Positions 15,547 to 50,151 of a stretch of 64,000 nucleotides of DNA are shown here, one piece after another. The stretch is from the human T2T-CHM13v2.0 reference genome, Homo sapiens: assembly GCF_009914755.1 (NCBI RefSeq), contig NC_060934.1. The stretch is one strand, 5' to 3'. The notes under the pieces are model-generated. The model made no database searches. It had not been told where the DNA came from and saw only the letters and a list, made by a program, of their open reading frames with translations. How positions within the stretch are numbered: the stretch's first letter is position 1; each line of letters begins with the position of its first letter. The position numbers and the translations under genes are program-made.

Positions 15547-17384
15547 TAGGCTTCAAAGAGGCATGCTTTGTTTTATGATGCATGAATATCTGTTTAGTGA
15601 TAGAAATATTTCTTGCTAACAAGCCTGCCTCTTTAGGTGCTCAGAACTCAGACCTTGACTCGTTATTGGTTGTGTGGTGGTGGTAGTTTTTTTCTCCTTA
15701 ATTATGGTTTGCAATTTAAATTTTATCCTACTTATCATAAGTTATGTGCTTAAAAAGCAGATCTGCAGATCTCACTGTTTCATAATAATGTGATTTAAAT
15801 AGGTGCACTAACATTTTTCATCCATTCACTAACACATTTAAAAAATATTAATAGAGCCACTTAACAATGTTCAAGCATGGTGCTGAGCTAGAGATACAAA
15901 GCTGAACATAAGAAACACCCCTGCCTTTAGGGGGCTTACACTGCAGGAAGAAACCGCTGTGTGAAACAATAGGCAGCATAACTTGCCAAGGTTGCTGTGA
16001 TCTGAGTATGCTTGAGGAAACCAGTTGGGGGGGGGTAGTTTTATGTGGGGGCAATAGTCACTAAAGGCTTCTGAGATGCACTTGAAAGATAAGTAGGTGG
16101 GGTGCTTCTGAGAAGACTCTTCCATGTTCTTTTTCCTGCCAGTTGCACATGTTTTAAAAAAATACTTTCCAGCTTGGGTGGAATCTTGAAAACTCACCAT
16201 TCTTCCTTCTGGCAGAACCATGTTTGTTATGTTTCCTAAGAAAAAATGTAGCATATATGAAACGTGGGTTGCTCAAAGGGAAGTGTTGCCACAAAAAGGA
16301 AGGAAATAGCAAATATTTTAAAGTTATAAAAACCAGCAATTTGTATTTACTTTTGATCCTGGCTTCTTATGGTATATCCAGTTGTTACAAAGTACAGCTT
16401 TTTGTTACCTGGCAGCAGACCTAATGAAATAAATGTGTTATGTTGTCTAAGTAATAATGTCAACGTTAATTAGGGTAAGTTTGGGTCTTGGCAGTCTTAT
16501 TAATGTACTTATTACATTTCAGTAGTTGCGGTGGGGAGAATTAATGAACAAACTATTGTATATTAAATGCTTAATATAGCGAAAATAAAGAATACACACT
16601 TTTTAAGGAATAGATTAACTAAAACTGTAAATAAAATTAACATAAAAGGAGGAAAGCAAGGAAATAATGAGAAGAGGATTCCGGGGAAATTACATGAATG
16701 GGTTGGGGGAGTAGTATGGTTGAGTGTGGTTTCTTAGTCTAGATCCTGTCTTGTTTTGGGTGGTGAATTCACAGGTGCTTGCAGCATTATAATAATTAAA
16801 CAAAAGCAGGTAATAAGTGTGTGAATGGATGAGAGTGTGATGTTACTATGATTAATCCCATTCTGTGAACTTAAAATTCAGTGAAAATGAGAAAAACGAA
16901 GAAAGCACTTTTGCATTTGCTGTGATGCAGAGATTTGATTTTATAAGCTCAATGTTACAGAAAACTAGCAGGTGCTGGTAAGATGACATCAGTTTCTAAT
17001 ATTTAAAGCGTTTTGCAGGTTTGAGAAGAGAAATGAGGACCTTTAAATGAGCATGAGATTTGCTGCCTGATGATTTCTGAAACTTTTGCGCAATGCAGCA
17101 AATCAACTGGAATTGTCAGTCAGCCATCTTAAATGACATGGAATCAGAGGAGATGTGTGGTCTCATAAAATCTCATTAATTCACTATTTAATTTTTGCTA
17201 AATATTGAATCTATTGATGGAAGAACTGTTGGCAGCTGAGATCTAGTACACTGCTAGATTTTTAGCCTCAAAGTTTAGAGAACTCTTTTCATCAGAGTTG
17301 ACTCTTCTGGGGAGGGTGAGGAGTGTTGCCTCCCTCTCTGGGGGTTACTTCCTTCCCTTATTCCCCAGTGCTGCCTCTTTGCCT

Positions 17385-17693
<309 letters not shown>

Positions 17694-17875
17694 CATTATT
17701 AGTATTTTAATAAAGCTTATTAAATGCTTGCTATATGACAGAAATTGTAGATGCAAAAATAAATAAGTGAATCTTTCCCCTCGAAGTTTAATGGGCATTT
17801 GGTTAACCCATTTCTGGTGGCACTAACGTATTCATAAACACTTTCGGTAAAGTTCTCAAGTTATAAAGAGAAATG

Positions 17876-18542
17876 GGTTGAGTATCCCTTACCCAAAATG
17901 CTTGGGACCAGAAGTGTTTCAGATTTCGGATATTTTTAGATTTTTAGAATGCCTGCATATACATAATGAGATACCTTGAGGATGCGACCCATGTCTAAAC
18001 ACAAAATTCATTTATGCTTCATATATACTTTCTACACATAGCCTGAATATGCAATATATGTCATACTTTTAATAATTTTATGCATGCAAAAAGATTTCAC
18101 TCTGTTTTTGACTGTGACCCATCACATGAAGTCAAGTGTGGAATTTTTTTTTTTTTTTTTTTTTTTGAGACAGAGTCTCACTCTGTCACACAGGCTGGAA
18201 TGCAGTGGTGCAATCTTGGCTCACCGCAAGCTCTGCCTTCTGGGTTCACGCCATTCTCCCGCCTCAGCCTCCTGAGTAGCTGGGACTACAGGTGCCCGCC
18301 ACCATGCCTGGCTAATTCTGTTTCTGTATTTTTAGTAGAGACGGGGTTTCACCGTGTTAGCCAGGATGGTCTCGATCTCCTGACCTCGTGATCCACCCGC
18401 CTCAGCCTCCCAAAGTGCTGGTATTAGAGGTGCGAGACACCGCACCCGGCCTGGTGTGGAATGTTCTACTTTGGGGTCATGTTGTTGCTCGGAACGTTTT
18501 AGGTTTTGAAGGATTTCAGATTTTCATACTGGAGATAGTCTG
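17876..18542 (-). mobile_element. Tigger4/MER46-like DNA transposon split by an Alu
   Basis: GGTTGAGTATCCCTTA..AAAATGCTTGGGACCAGAAGTGTTT terminus. Confidence 0.7.
18144..18451 (-). mobile_element. Alu (AluY-like) nested in Tigger4
   Basis: Dimer with Y-type diagnostics; TSD gtgtggaat. Confidence 0.92.
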
Positions 18543-19336
18543 TATTGAGAAAAGCAAATATCTAGAGTTTAGTTTGAGTTGCAAACAAATTTTGATTTAT
18601 CTTTGTGATTTCCCAGAAAGTCGCATTGTTTATTTCTCAGAATCTGTTAGTATTCCCTTTCCATTTTAAGAATAAAGAAAGAACAGAAGAACCTGTAGTT
18701 CAGTAGGCTTTGGTTTGCTGACCAGTTGGATGAAGAGGGCTCAAAAGATTAAACTAAGTTAGATGAAAGGTGCATGGTCATTTCTGAAGAAATGTGTTTG
18801 GGAGCCACAGTGCTAAGCTGGACACTCAGCATGGTTTTTCTGTGCTGTTGCTCTGTTTGAGTTTTCTTAGATTAAAATTTAAGGGTATGTATCTAGATGT
18901 GAACAATGAGTTTTGAGTTCTGGGTAAGCTGGAAGAAAAGTGTACAAAAGCCTCAAAAGCTGTTTGGTGCAGTGTTGTTCCTTCTGGCCAGTGATTATTG
19001 GCCAGAAATTTCTAATTGAGAGGGCTTCGCAAATGGAGTATAAACTGCAGTTTGGCCTCATTTCCTATTTAGCTGTGGGTTGGATATTGATCTTAGTCTG
19101 GGGATAGAGCAGTGAACAGAACAACCTGGATCTAGGTTTTCTTGGAGTTCAGAGTTATTAAACTAGGCTCTGAAGTGGACATCAGGGGATTCCCTCCAAG
19201 ACTTTGAGGACATGGTTATATTTCATCCATATTTCTTAAGGAATGGAGTTCATTATTTTTTCTTGATTTGGCCTCAGTGCTTCAGGCCTGTCATGAGACA
19301 TCCCCAAGTTCCTGAAAAAGGTCAGTTTTGCACTGA

Positions 19337-19686
<350 letters not shown>

Positions 19687-21239
19687 CATCCCTTCATTCT
19701 TATGTGATTCATTTGAGCAGTCGGCCATCAATACCCCTGGACAGTCTGCTTTCCCTGCTTCTCTACGGCCTTGCGGGGACCTTTCATTTAAAAATCAAAA
19801 TGGAGAGGTTTTAGTTAATTTGAGGGTTCACGTATGAAGGAATGGAAGAAACTAAAAAGTGGTGACAGTTTTCTGGGGTGCTGACTTCAGGCAGGGAGTT
19901 ACTGTACTTAAGACCAGGGCAGTTCTTCTGAGGGAACAGAAGTTGGTGTGCACTCCGTCCCCCACTCCACACAGTGTGGTACCAACATCAGCGAAGGTGT
20001 TGGGGCGGCAGGGTCTTAGAATCCCTGTAATGGGGGAGCTGAGAAGTAAGAGTACCTTCAAGAGAAATGCTTGCCGAATCAGACCTAAGGAGGGTATGTG
20101 TTAAATATTTTCCTCCTCTCCTGAGCCACAGAACACAAGCAAATTAGGCTTTTCAATAACACGGTTTCCATGGGAAAATGCTTTATGGGCCCCCTGGGAA
20201 CTGACAGACTTATTTGTCCATAAACTGGGAACTACTGTGCTAAGCATTTACTTGCAATTTGTGGGTTTCTGTTTAAATTAAGTTCTCTTTCTGTCTGTGA
20301 GATTGATTTCTTATTTGAAGAAGTAAGCTATGTTGGTGGGTTTCAGAATGTTGATTTTTTTTTAAAAAAGTGGCAGTTGGGGTTCACTGGCGAGGGCTCT
20401 GGAGTTGGCCTGGCTGGGTTGGAAGGGGCTTCCGCTGTGGCCTTGGGCAGATTGATTCCCTAAACCCCAGCATCCATGTCTGTGCAGTGCTGGGCTTTCA
20501 TGGGACCTGCTGCCGATGCTGCATTGCATGTCATGCTTTGCGCCTGCTGACTCGGTTTTTGTTTCCACGTGTTCCTCTGTTCTGCACGGAAGCTGTGTGT
20601 TGCTCGTTCACATGCAGATTGTTGATTGTCTCTTTGTAATCACTATCATTAAAGATGACAGATTTCCACTTGGTGTGATATGAGGAAATCAGAGTATTTA
20701 AGATGTAACCAGTCTACTCCCCCCTTGATAATTGTAATTGACAAAATCACATCTAAGAGATCATTTCTGTCATTTTTTTCCCTAGGAGTACGTTTAAATT
20801 TTTTCTTTATAAAAGGGTAGCTAATTGTGCTACATCAACCTGCTAATTGGTGTTTTTGTAAAGCTTCTACTTTTTGGCACTGACATAAATAGAATTTTTT
20901 AAAAATTGGATATATGTAATTAATAATGTTCCAATTCTTACCTCATTATGTGCCCTAGCATTGAAGGATTTCACTCATGGATCACTTGACTGCATGATCT
21001 TATAGATGGAAAAATGAATTTTAGAGGCTTATTTTAAAAATAATCCATGGTCTAGCTTCATGTATCAGGAATAGCCCTACATTAATGGTACCAGGAGCCT
21101 GGGCCTCTGTTGCTGAAAGGTCCTGGACCTTTTACCTCTAAAATTTCATGATACTTATTTTAACATGAAAAGCCTTTATTGAATTGTGCATTCTTTAATC
21201 CCCACCCCTTTTGCCTTTCAGCATTAAACTGAAGAAAAG

Positions 21240-39721
<18,482 letters not shown>

Positions 39722-40114
39722 TTTTAAGAACTAGAGCACGAGTCATCTCCGGTGATCCTTAAATGAACTGCAGGCTGAGAAAAGAAGGAAAAAGGTCACA
39801 GCCTCCATGGCTGTTGCATACCAAGACTCTTGGAAGGACTTCTAAGATATATGTTGATTGATCCCTTTTTTATTTTGTGGTTTTTTAATATAGTATAAAA
39901 ATCCTTTTAAAAAAACAACAATCTGTGTGCCTCTCTGGTTGTTTCTCTTTTTTATTATTACTCCTGAGTTGATGACATTTTTTGTTAGATTTCATGGTAA
40001 TTCTCAAGTGCTTCAATGATGCAGCATTTCTTGCACTAAAAAAAAAAAAAAAAAACTAGAAAGTTTTGGGACATGGGGTTATATTAAATTATTCTTTGTT
40101 TTTCTTTTTCTTTT

Positions 40115-40120
40115 AATAAA
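40115..40120 (+). terminator. poly(A) signal AATAAA (proximal candidate)
   Basis: AATAAA preceded by a U-rich tract. Confidence 0.5.
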
Positions 40121-40973
40121 GCCTGCAAGTTACTAAATTGTAGTTTCATAAATTCTGTAGTAAAGTATCATCTTGGCAGTGTGCCAAAGGTGAAAATGAT
40201 GCTTTCTCTAACAGAGAAATTCTTAGTGACTCCAGTCGTAGAAAAACGTCTTTACAACCTGAATAAGATTGAAGAATTGTGAACATACCATGGCCTATTG
40301 GATGAATCATTTGCCGTAGGCTAAATCAGACTGTAGGGTTTGTGATGGATTTATGGAGTATGTGGGTATAGAAATCATGAATCTAGCATTTGTTTTCAGA
40401 GATTCAAGCATAGTCTTAAGGGTAGATCAGAAATGACAAATGAATTCAAAACCTAGCAGGTGCATTGTAAATGTGTGCCCAGTTATGTTTTGGAAATGGC
40501 AGTTCCTTGGGGTCATGTTTCTACTGGCAAAATTTGCAATAGTGTTCTATTGTATGTAATTTTAAAATTTATAAGATTATCCACGTTGGCCAAGTAAACT
40601 GTACTGCCAATAGAATTCTGGAATTGTGAGAAATTGTATCATTGAAGTTCAGTAGGATGTGTGGCTTAAAAATTTATCAGGACCACAAAAAAGAAAACAA
40701 AAATATTTGGTACTGAGGTTCATTGCCAGGGCAGGAGGTATTTCCAGAAAATACTCATGCCTGTGTTCTGTTCCTTGCTTTCCCAAATACTGCATGTGAC
40801 TTTCCTAAGCGGCAGCTGAAAGACTCGAGCCCGTGCTGTCTCCTTTGGTTATTATGACATGAAAGTGTATCAAGAACTCAGCATTTCTTTGCATCCATGG
40901 ACTTGGTTTGGAGACATAAGGAATATTCTGACCCTTTTTAAAAAAGGATTTTCTCATGTTTTTATTTAACATA

Positions 40974-41022
40974 AATAAAAGAATAACATTTTATCTTTTG
41001 TGGTATTATTTTATTGAATAAA
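40974..41022 (+). terminator. poly(A) signals AATAAA x2 (40974, 41017)
   Basis: Two AATAAA in U-rich context. Confidence 0.5.
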
Positions 41023-41578
41023 ATTGAGTTTTATGATAAAAGTGCACCTGTTCTGTAAAGTAAGTTGGGGTTAAGGAATGTGAGGTAAATTACATAATTG
41101 AACATTGTGGAAGACAGAATCAAAAGCAGCCCTGGAACTTCAGTTATCTATGGAATTAGGCATACCATTCCTCAAGTGGAAACCATGTTTGTGCTTACAA
41201 GTACCGGAGTGTGCTTGTTTAATTTTAGAAACTAATGGTTCCAACCCACCTTTCATGCATGCATTTATTGTTGTTATGCTTTGTAAAACATTGTTTGCAC
41301 CTAAATGGGTGGCTTTTCCTAACATTCTCATGGTCAGCAACCAGAGAGTTGCAACCAACTCATACTACTTGATTTCCGTTCGCATGAGGACAGCTTGGTG
41401 TGTGCCTTTCTCCCCAGTCTTTTATTTTTAAAATAACTGTGTTAATCAGTTAGTGCTTTATTTATAATGAATTTCTGATAGTCGAATAATTTCTAAATCT
41501 CCTGCAAGTTAGTACTTGAGAAATTTGAAATTAATTTTCAATATTAACATTTAAGCTAATATAAAAATTTTAAATTTC

Positions 41579-41584
41579 AATAAA
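41579..41584 (+). terminator. distal poly(A) signal AATAAA candidate
   Basis: AATAAA with GU/U-rich downstream sequence. Confidence 0.35.
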
Positions 41585-41666
41585 AATTAAAAATTATGTA
41601 AGCTACAATGTAACTGGCAAGTTTCCGTGTAATAGACGTTTGTCATTCTTGGTGGCCCATCTGTGA

Positions 41667-41983
<317 letters not shown>

Positions 41984-42157
41984 TGAAACGCCTTTTTCTG
42001 TGTGGGGAACTTCCTTGTTTCCCTCCTCCCCGCAAGAGACTAGAAACTTGCTTTCCCAGCCTGTCTTGCAGGTTGAGTAGGGTTGTGCGCTTGGGATCTC
42101 TGATCAGACCGGCACCGCAGTGTGGGAGAGAAGCTGTGTGAAGAGTCTGTCGTCTGA

Positions 42158-42902
<745 letters not shown>

Positions 42903-43267
42903 ATCCTTTTTTTTTTTTTTTTTTTGGTAGATTTCTTTCTGCTTAAACAAGCTAGAGTGAATTTTTAAATCTGCACCTAAGACCCCTGACTGATAACAGA
43001 TTGATAGCTGGGATTGCACATGACAAATCCTGAAAGATGAAAGATGGAGGAGGTAGGATGGGACTGGTAAGGACCCAGTTTCCCTGGGCTGAAGAACTGG
43101 TGAACCTCGTTACTTGGTGGTGAGGCATTTAGCCAAGCTGCTGCTGTTCCTTGGACTATAGGCTGGTGTTATGGCTTGCCTCGGCCTCCCAATATGCTGG
43201 GATTATAGATGTGAGCCACTGGCCTGGTTTTTTTTTTTTAATGTACATAAATTAAGATTTAGTCGTG

Positions 43268-43566
43268 GCCGGGCGCGGTGGCTCACGCCTGTAATCCCAG
43301 CACTTTGGGAAGCCGAGGCAGGCAGATCACCTGAGGTCAGGAGTTTGAGACCAGCCTGGCAAACATGGCAAAACTCTGTCTCTACTAAAAAAAAATTAGC
43401 CAGGTGCGGTGGCGCATGCATGCCTGTAATCCCAGCTACTCAGGAGGCTGAGGCAGAGAATTGCTTGAACCCAGGAGGCGGAGGTTGTAGTGAGCCAAGA
43501 TTGTGCCGCTGCACTCCAGCCTGGGTGACAGAGAGGGACTCTGTCGCAAAAAAATAAAAAAATAAA
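43268..43566 (+). mobile_element. Alu
   Basis: Dimer. Confidence 0.92.
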
Positions 43567-43569
43567 ATG

Positions 43570-44030
43570 TATTCATCTTTACAGTATCACACAGAATGGC
43601 TTTAAAGCCCTAAGAAATCCCCTGTGCTTCATCTATGTAGTGAAATTTCCACCCTACTCCACACCTGCATTCCTGGCAACTACTGATGTGTTGACTGTCT
43701 ATAGTTTTGCCTTTGCCAGAATGTCATGTAACTGGAAAGCACATACCATGCAGCTTTTTTCAGACTGGCTGCTTTTGCTTGGCAACGTGCCTGTCAGATT
43801 CATGCATCTCTTGTTGTGGCTTGATAGCTCGTTCTTTATTCCACTGTGCGGATGTACCACCATATGTTTATCCATTCACCTACTGACGGCCATATTGATT
43901 ACTTCTAGTTCTTGGCAGCTATGAGTAAAGCTATAAGCATCCATGTGCAGGTGTTTCATGGACACGTTTTCACATTAGCGGGGTACATATTTAGGAGTGA
44001 GACTGCTGGATTACATGGTAAGACTTTCCT
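43570..44030 (-). mobile_element. L1M (MB/MC-type) 3' fragment
   Basis: TTTGCCTTTGCCAGAATGTCAT..TTTATCCATTCACC..GCTATAAGCATCCATGTGCAGG..GCTGGATTACATGGTAAG. Confidence 0.75.
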
Positions 44031-45647
44031 TTTGTCTCTCCCGTTTTCAAACTCTGTACTGGCATATAAATTTCCTCAAATCTCTCCCATCTTTAATGGA
44101 AATAGGTCAAACCTTGAATTTTTAGCCACTCCCCAACTCCCTGGTGTCCCCATTCTTCTCAGAGAATCCCAACATCCCGCCTCCACCTCCTTGCTTCTTA
44201 CTGCCTCTTCCACTCAGCCCACACTTGCAGAATGAGGACTGCGTCGACTACAAATTAGACCTCTGCTTCCACCAGGCCTCCTTGATAGTTCAGCTAAGAG
44301 CCGTGCGGTGAGTCTCCTGACGTTTTATGGCACTTGACGCTGGTAACCACTCCCTTCCCGAGGACGGAGACCGCGGCCCTGCCAGTATCGCTCACGCTTT
44401 ACCTCTTCCCAAGTGTTTTTATCTCCTTACCTTGGCCTTGGGCTGCTTCTGTGACTCACCTGTATTTGAATCTCAGCCAGTCTTCCTTACCAAACTTCAG
44501 ATCTGTATCCAAGTGCCTATTAGACATCATCCCCTGGCTGTCCCCTTTGCACCTCAAACACATGTCCCGAACTTTAACTCACTTCTTCCCTTTCAAGCTC
44601 TCCTGCTAAACTCTCTGATTTGGGGGAAAGCATCATCTATTCAGTCATCTAACTCAGAATCCCAAGAATCACCCTCGATTCCTCACTTTCCCTTCTATCT
44701 AGATCCAGTCTGTAGTTGAGGACCGCCGGTTCTGTTTCTTTTCCATCTTTCATGGTAATACAGTGGAGCTCCTTCATTTCTGACCCCTTATCTCCTGGGA
44801 GTAGGCCCATGGGCTCCCGCTGGTCTCCCTGCTTTAACCGTGCACCCCTCTCATCTTCCAAGGCAATGCCTCAGCTGTTCAAGCCACTCCCGTATACACA
44901 ATCCTTACCGCGTCTAGACTCCTGCTTGGAAGCCGGGGCGTTCTCACTGCCCTCGCTGCGCCGCGCCTTCCCTTAGGTTCCTGTGGTGGGAGTGTTGGCA
45001 GTGACTTCTGCTCACGCTCTCCCTGCTGCCTGGAGAATTGCCCCTTCCCTCATTCCCCTTCCAACACGTATCCTGGGCCTGCTGAGTTGCTACTCATGCG
45101 AGGTTTATTGGCACCACAGCCCCATAATTGAGAAACAACAGTCCCCAGCTGCACACCTCCCCCGCGGGAACTACTTTTAACTTTTTAGCTGGCCTGCTGC
45201 TGGTCTCTGCCTCCATACTTCTAAATACATCCTCATGAGGCTCCTTCCCTCTCTTCCTAAGCAGATGTCTCGGAAGAAGAGGCTGTACTTACTTTCCACC
45301 TCCCTCATCTCCATTCAGTCTTTAACTCGCTACAACTGAAGGAGTAAACCCAGAAAAAGATGGCATTGACTCGGGGAAATAGGGAACCCAAAGTAGGAGA
45401 GACGAAAGCAGTTCCCAAGGTCATCATGAAAGAAGTCTTGGTCCATAGCCATACAGGGGCCTGGAGAACTCGTGGTCCATCCGGGAGCGGGAAGATGAGG
45501 GGCTTTCCAAAGTTGTAAAATAATGGTAATTAACCATGATATACAACTGACTCAGCTGAGATGAATACACAAAATGCCATATCATATAAATACTGATTAC
45601 AGGTTTGTTTTTTAATGTTGCCCTGGGCCCAGCTTGAAAGAATGAAT

Positions 45648-45696
45648 GGGGCGGGGGGGGGGCGGCGGGCAGCGGTGCGGGGGGTGGGGACATGGG
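45648..45696 (+). repeat. G-rich tract (potential G-quadruplex)
   Basis: GGGGCGGGGGGGGGGCGGCGGGCAGCGGTGCGGGGGGTGGGGACATGGG. Confidence 0.7.
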
Positions 45697-45713
45697 AAAG
45701 CTAAACTTTGTTT

Positions 45714-46009
45714 CTTTTTTTTTTTTTTTCTTTTTTTTGAGACGGACTCTCGCTCTGTCTCCCACGCTGGAGTGCAGTGGCGCGATCTTGGCTGACTACA
45801 ACCTCTGCTTCCCGGGTTCACGCCATTCTCCTGCCTCAGTCTCTTGAGTAGCTGGGACTACAAGGCGTGCGCCATCACGTTCGGCTAATTTTTGTATTTT
45901 TAGAGACGGGGTTTCTCCAGGCTGGTCCCGAATTCCTGATCTCAGGTAATCCACCCACCTCAGCCTCCCAGAGTGCTGGGATTACAGGCGTGAGCCACCA
46001 TGCCCAGCC
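45714..46009 (-). mobile_element. Alu
   Basis: Dimer. Confidence 0.9.
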
Positions 46010-46219
46010 CACTCTTCTGTTTTCTAGGAAGTCAGTGGATTGTCAAACGTTCTTTTGGTCTCTCCTGTGCTGGAGCGTTGCGCTGGATCCTGCGTCTTAA
46101 TCTTCTTGATTTCCTCTCTATTTTTGGTGGAGCTTATCTTGAAGTAGTTTCCTAAGAAAAGATACAGGAGAGATACAGTTTGTCAGGCCATGCATGTCTG
46201 AAAAATCTTAATTCTGCAT

Positions 46220-46385
46220 TTTTCTTTTTCTATTTTTCTTTTGAGACAGGGTCTCCGTTGCCCAGGCTGGAGTGCAGTGGCGCGGTCATAGTTCACTGCA
46301 ACCTTGAACTCAGGAGCTGAAGCGATCCTCCCACCTCAGCCTCTAGAGTAGCTGGGACCACAGGCACTCACCACCACCCACAAAA
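46220..46385 (-). mobile_element. Alu monomer/right arm (old)
   Basis: Alu motifs. Confidence 0.8.
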
Positions 46386-46442
46386 ATCATAATTCTGTCA
46401 TGCTGAATTGCTAGTTTGACTAAACGTGGACTTCTTGATTAA

Positions 46443-46932
<490 letters not shown>

Positions 46933-47262
46933 AGGGGATGATCTCTTTCTAGAAATTCATATCCTTCAATTCTGGAAATGTTTCTCATGATAGTTCTTTG
47001 ATAACTGACCCTCCTTCCTTCACTGTATTTCTCTTTCTGGGACTTTTACTAGTCAGTGTATTTCTGGGTTGGTCTCTCTCTTTTCTCTTTTATTGGCAAC
47101 CCTGATCTAAGGAACTAAGGTATAGAGGTGGTTGAGTCCTGACCAGAGCCGTGAGGGTCTAGATTTATGTAAATGATGGAGCCATACACGTTACTTTATT
47201 TATAGTAAGATATTGTAAAGATTTTGAAATGTCATTTATATGAAATGTCAAGATTATTAAAT

Positions 47263-47498
47263 TCGTAGTTCACTGTAACCTCAAACTCCTGGGCTCAAGC
47301 AATCCTCCCACCTCAGCCTCCAAAGTAGCTGGGACTACAGGCACATCCCACCATGCCCAGCTAATTTTTGTATTTTTTGTAGAGACGGGGTTTCACCATG
47401 TTGCCTAGCCTTGTCTCGAACTCCTGGACTCAAGCAATCCTCCTGCCTTGACCTCCCAAAGTGTGGGGATTACAGGCACTGAGCCACTGCACCTGGTC
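47263..47498 (-). mobile_element. Alu (AluJ-like), tail end missing
   Basis: Alu motifs. Confidence 0.88.
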
Positions 47499-48319
47499 AA
47501 TGCATTTTTAAATATGGTCTAAGGGTATCAGCAAGTTGCAGATTTGATAACAGCTGGGTCTTTTCATTTAGTAACCACCCTTTTTTCCTCCTCTGTACTC
47601 TCACACAATATTAAAATACCTCCTATTAAATCTCTATTATCCTCTTCTCTTCCTGTTGCATTTTTCTCCCACAACTTAAGGCTCAAGTCTAAGCAGTGAA
47701 CACATAAGGTTTCCGATAAGCTAAGACAGTGTCTATCCATGGACGGGTTCGTGACAAACCCCTGTGGGTCCCTGGCTTGCTGAAACCAGGTTTCACATGA
47801 GGGGAGGAAGTGGCTTGACAAGAAGGGGGTTGCTAAGGGAACTTTATTACTCATTTCTCTTGGAAAAAAGCAGAAGGAATAAATGGAATAAAAGTCTGAT
47901 AATTTGGCAGACATGCTTTGCAGTTACTTGCAGTACTGTGCTTAGGTTCAGAATAAGGAACTAAGTAACAATAATTGACGCTGAATCTCTTCAGAAGTAA
48001 GCTGATGGTGACTCAATAAACTCTCCCAGATGACCGCTGTATACACAGGTATTTTATGAGGGTGCAACTGGATTAAGTCATTCTGAACTGAATTTTGCAT
48101 AATTATTACCAAAATTTGGATTGAAAAGTAAGTTTACAGTTGGCATTCCTATTTAATTTTAGTTTTTGTCAAAATAATATCTGTACATAATTATAAAATC
48201 AACTAAGTCTTCAAATACTCATAAATCAGAACAGCACTCTGCCTCCACCAGTCCCATTCTCCAAAGGAAAACACATTCAGTTCTTGTTTTTTTTTCTTGT
48301 TGTTGTTTTGGTTTTTGCA

Positions 48320-48455
48320 TTTTTCTTTTTTCTTTTTTTTTTTTGAGACAGAGTTTTGCTCTTGTCGCGCAGGCTTGAATTCCTGGGCTCAAGCGACCCT
48401 CCACCCTTGGCCTCCCAAAGTGCAAGGGATTACAGGTGTGAGCCACCATACCAGC
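48320..48455 (-). mobile_element. Alu collapsed by an internal deletion
   Basis: Tail end joined at CAGGCT to the left-arm 5' portion. Confidence 0.8.
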
Positions 48456-48479
48456 CTTCAAGGGCAGTTCTGATGCCTA

Positions 48480-48872
<393 letters not shown>

Positions 48873-49662
48873 TTAACAACAATGACTGTGCAGAAATGAA
48901 GCCAGTGCTTTTTTCCTCCAAGCCTTTGGACAAAGCATGTTTTATGACAAAAATAATCCCTCCGGCTCACATGTCCTCTCAGGCTTCCCACTGCTCTCCC
49001 ACACAGCCTCTCGCTCCGAGAAGTGAGTCCCCTCCCGCTAATGCCAATCCTTCGGGCACACCCAGAACTTGTTTCCAGAGACTGAAATAACATTTCCAAC
49101 GGGGTGGTGCCACCGGATTTGCTGAGCTGTTTAGTGGCCCATAGTGAGCTGATTTGTGTTGGGTAGATTATCTTCCCTGGGCGTGACGGGAAGGAGAGAC
49201 TCAAGGCAGAACTTCTTTTTGAAACAAATGAATTTGGAAATATTAGGCAAGGAGGAAATAGTGATATAACTTGTTTTTTCCCGTATTGAAAGATGCCACC
49301 TCTGTACTTAACCACAGAGTAAGAAATATTCAGGAAAGTATATATTTTTATAGCATTGAAGTTAACCATTGAAGAGGGATTTATTAAGAGCTTACTATTA
49401 GGCAGTATGAGAATTTGTTTAAAGTATTAGATACCCCAAAATCCTATTCAAAAAGACACAAATATGATTCTAAAATATGTAAACAACAATGCTAGTAAAC
49501 AAATGAAGGTATAATATAATTTGGCCCAAGAAACCCCCACGTTCAGAGCTTAGAGAAAATATATTACTTTTTTCCCCCTTTCTGGCTTTTACAGCCTTAC
49601 TAAAACAAAAACAATTCTGGTGACTGAAGATTCAAAAAACAAAACAAAACAAAACAAAAAAC

Positions 49663-50151
<489 letters not shown>

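Larger units (their letters stand above)
39722..41600 (+). other. RBM17: RBM17 3' UTR region (end uncertain)
   Basis: AU-rich sequence after the stop with no Alu until about 41680; several AATAAA signals. Confidence 0.65.
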
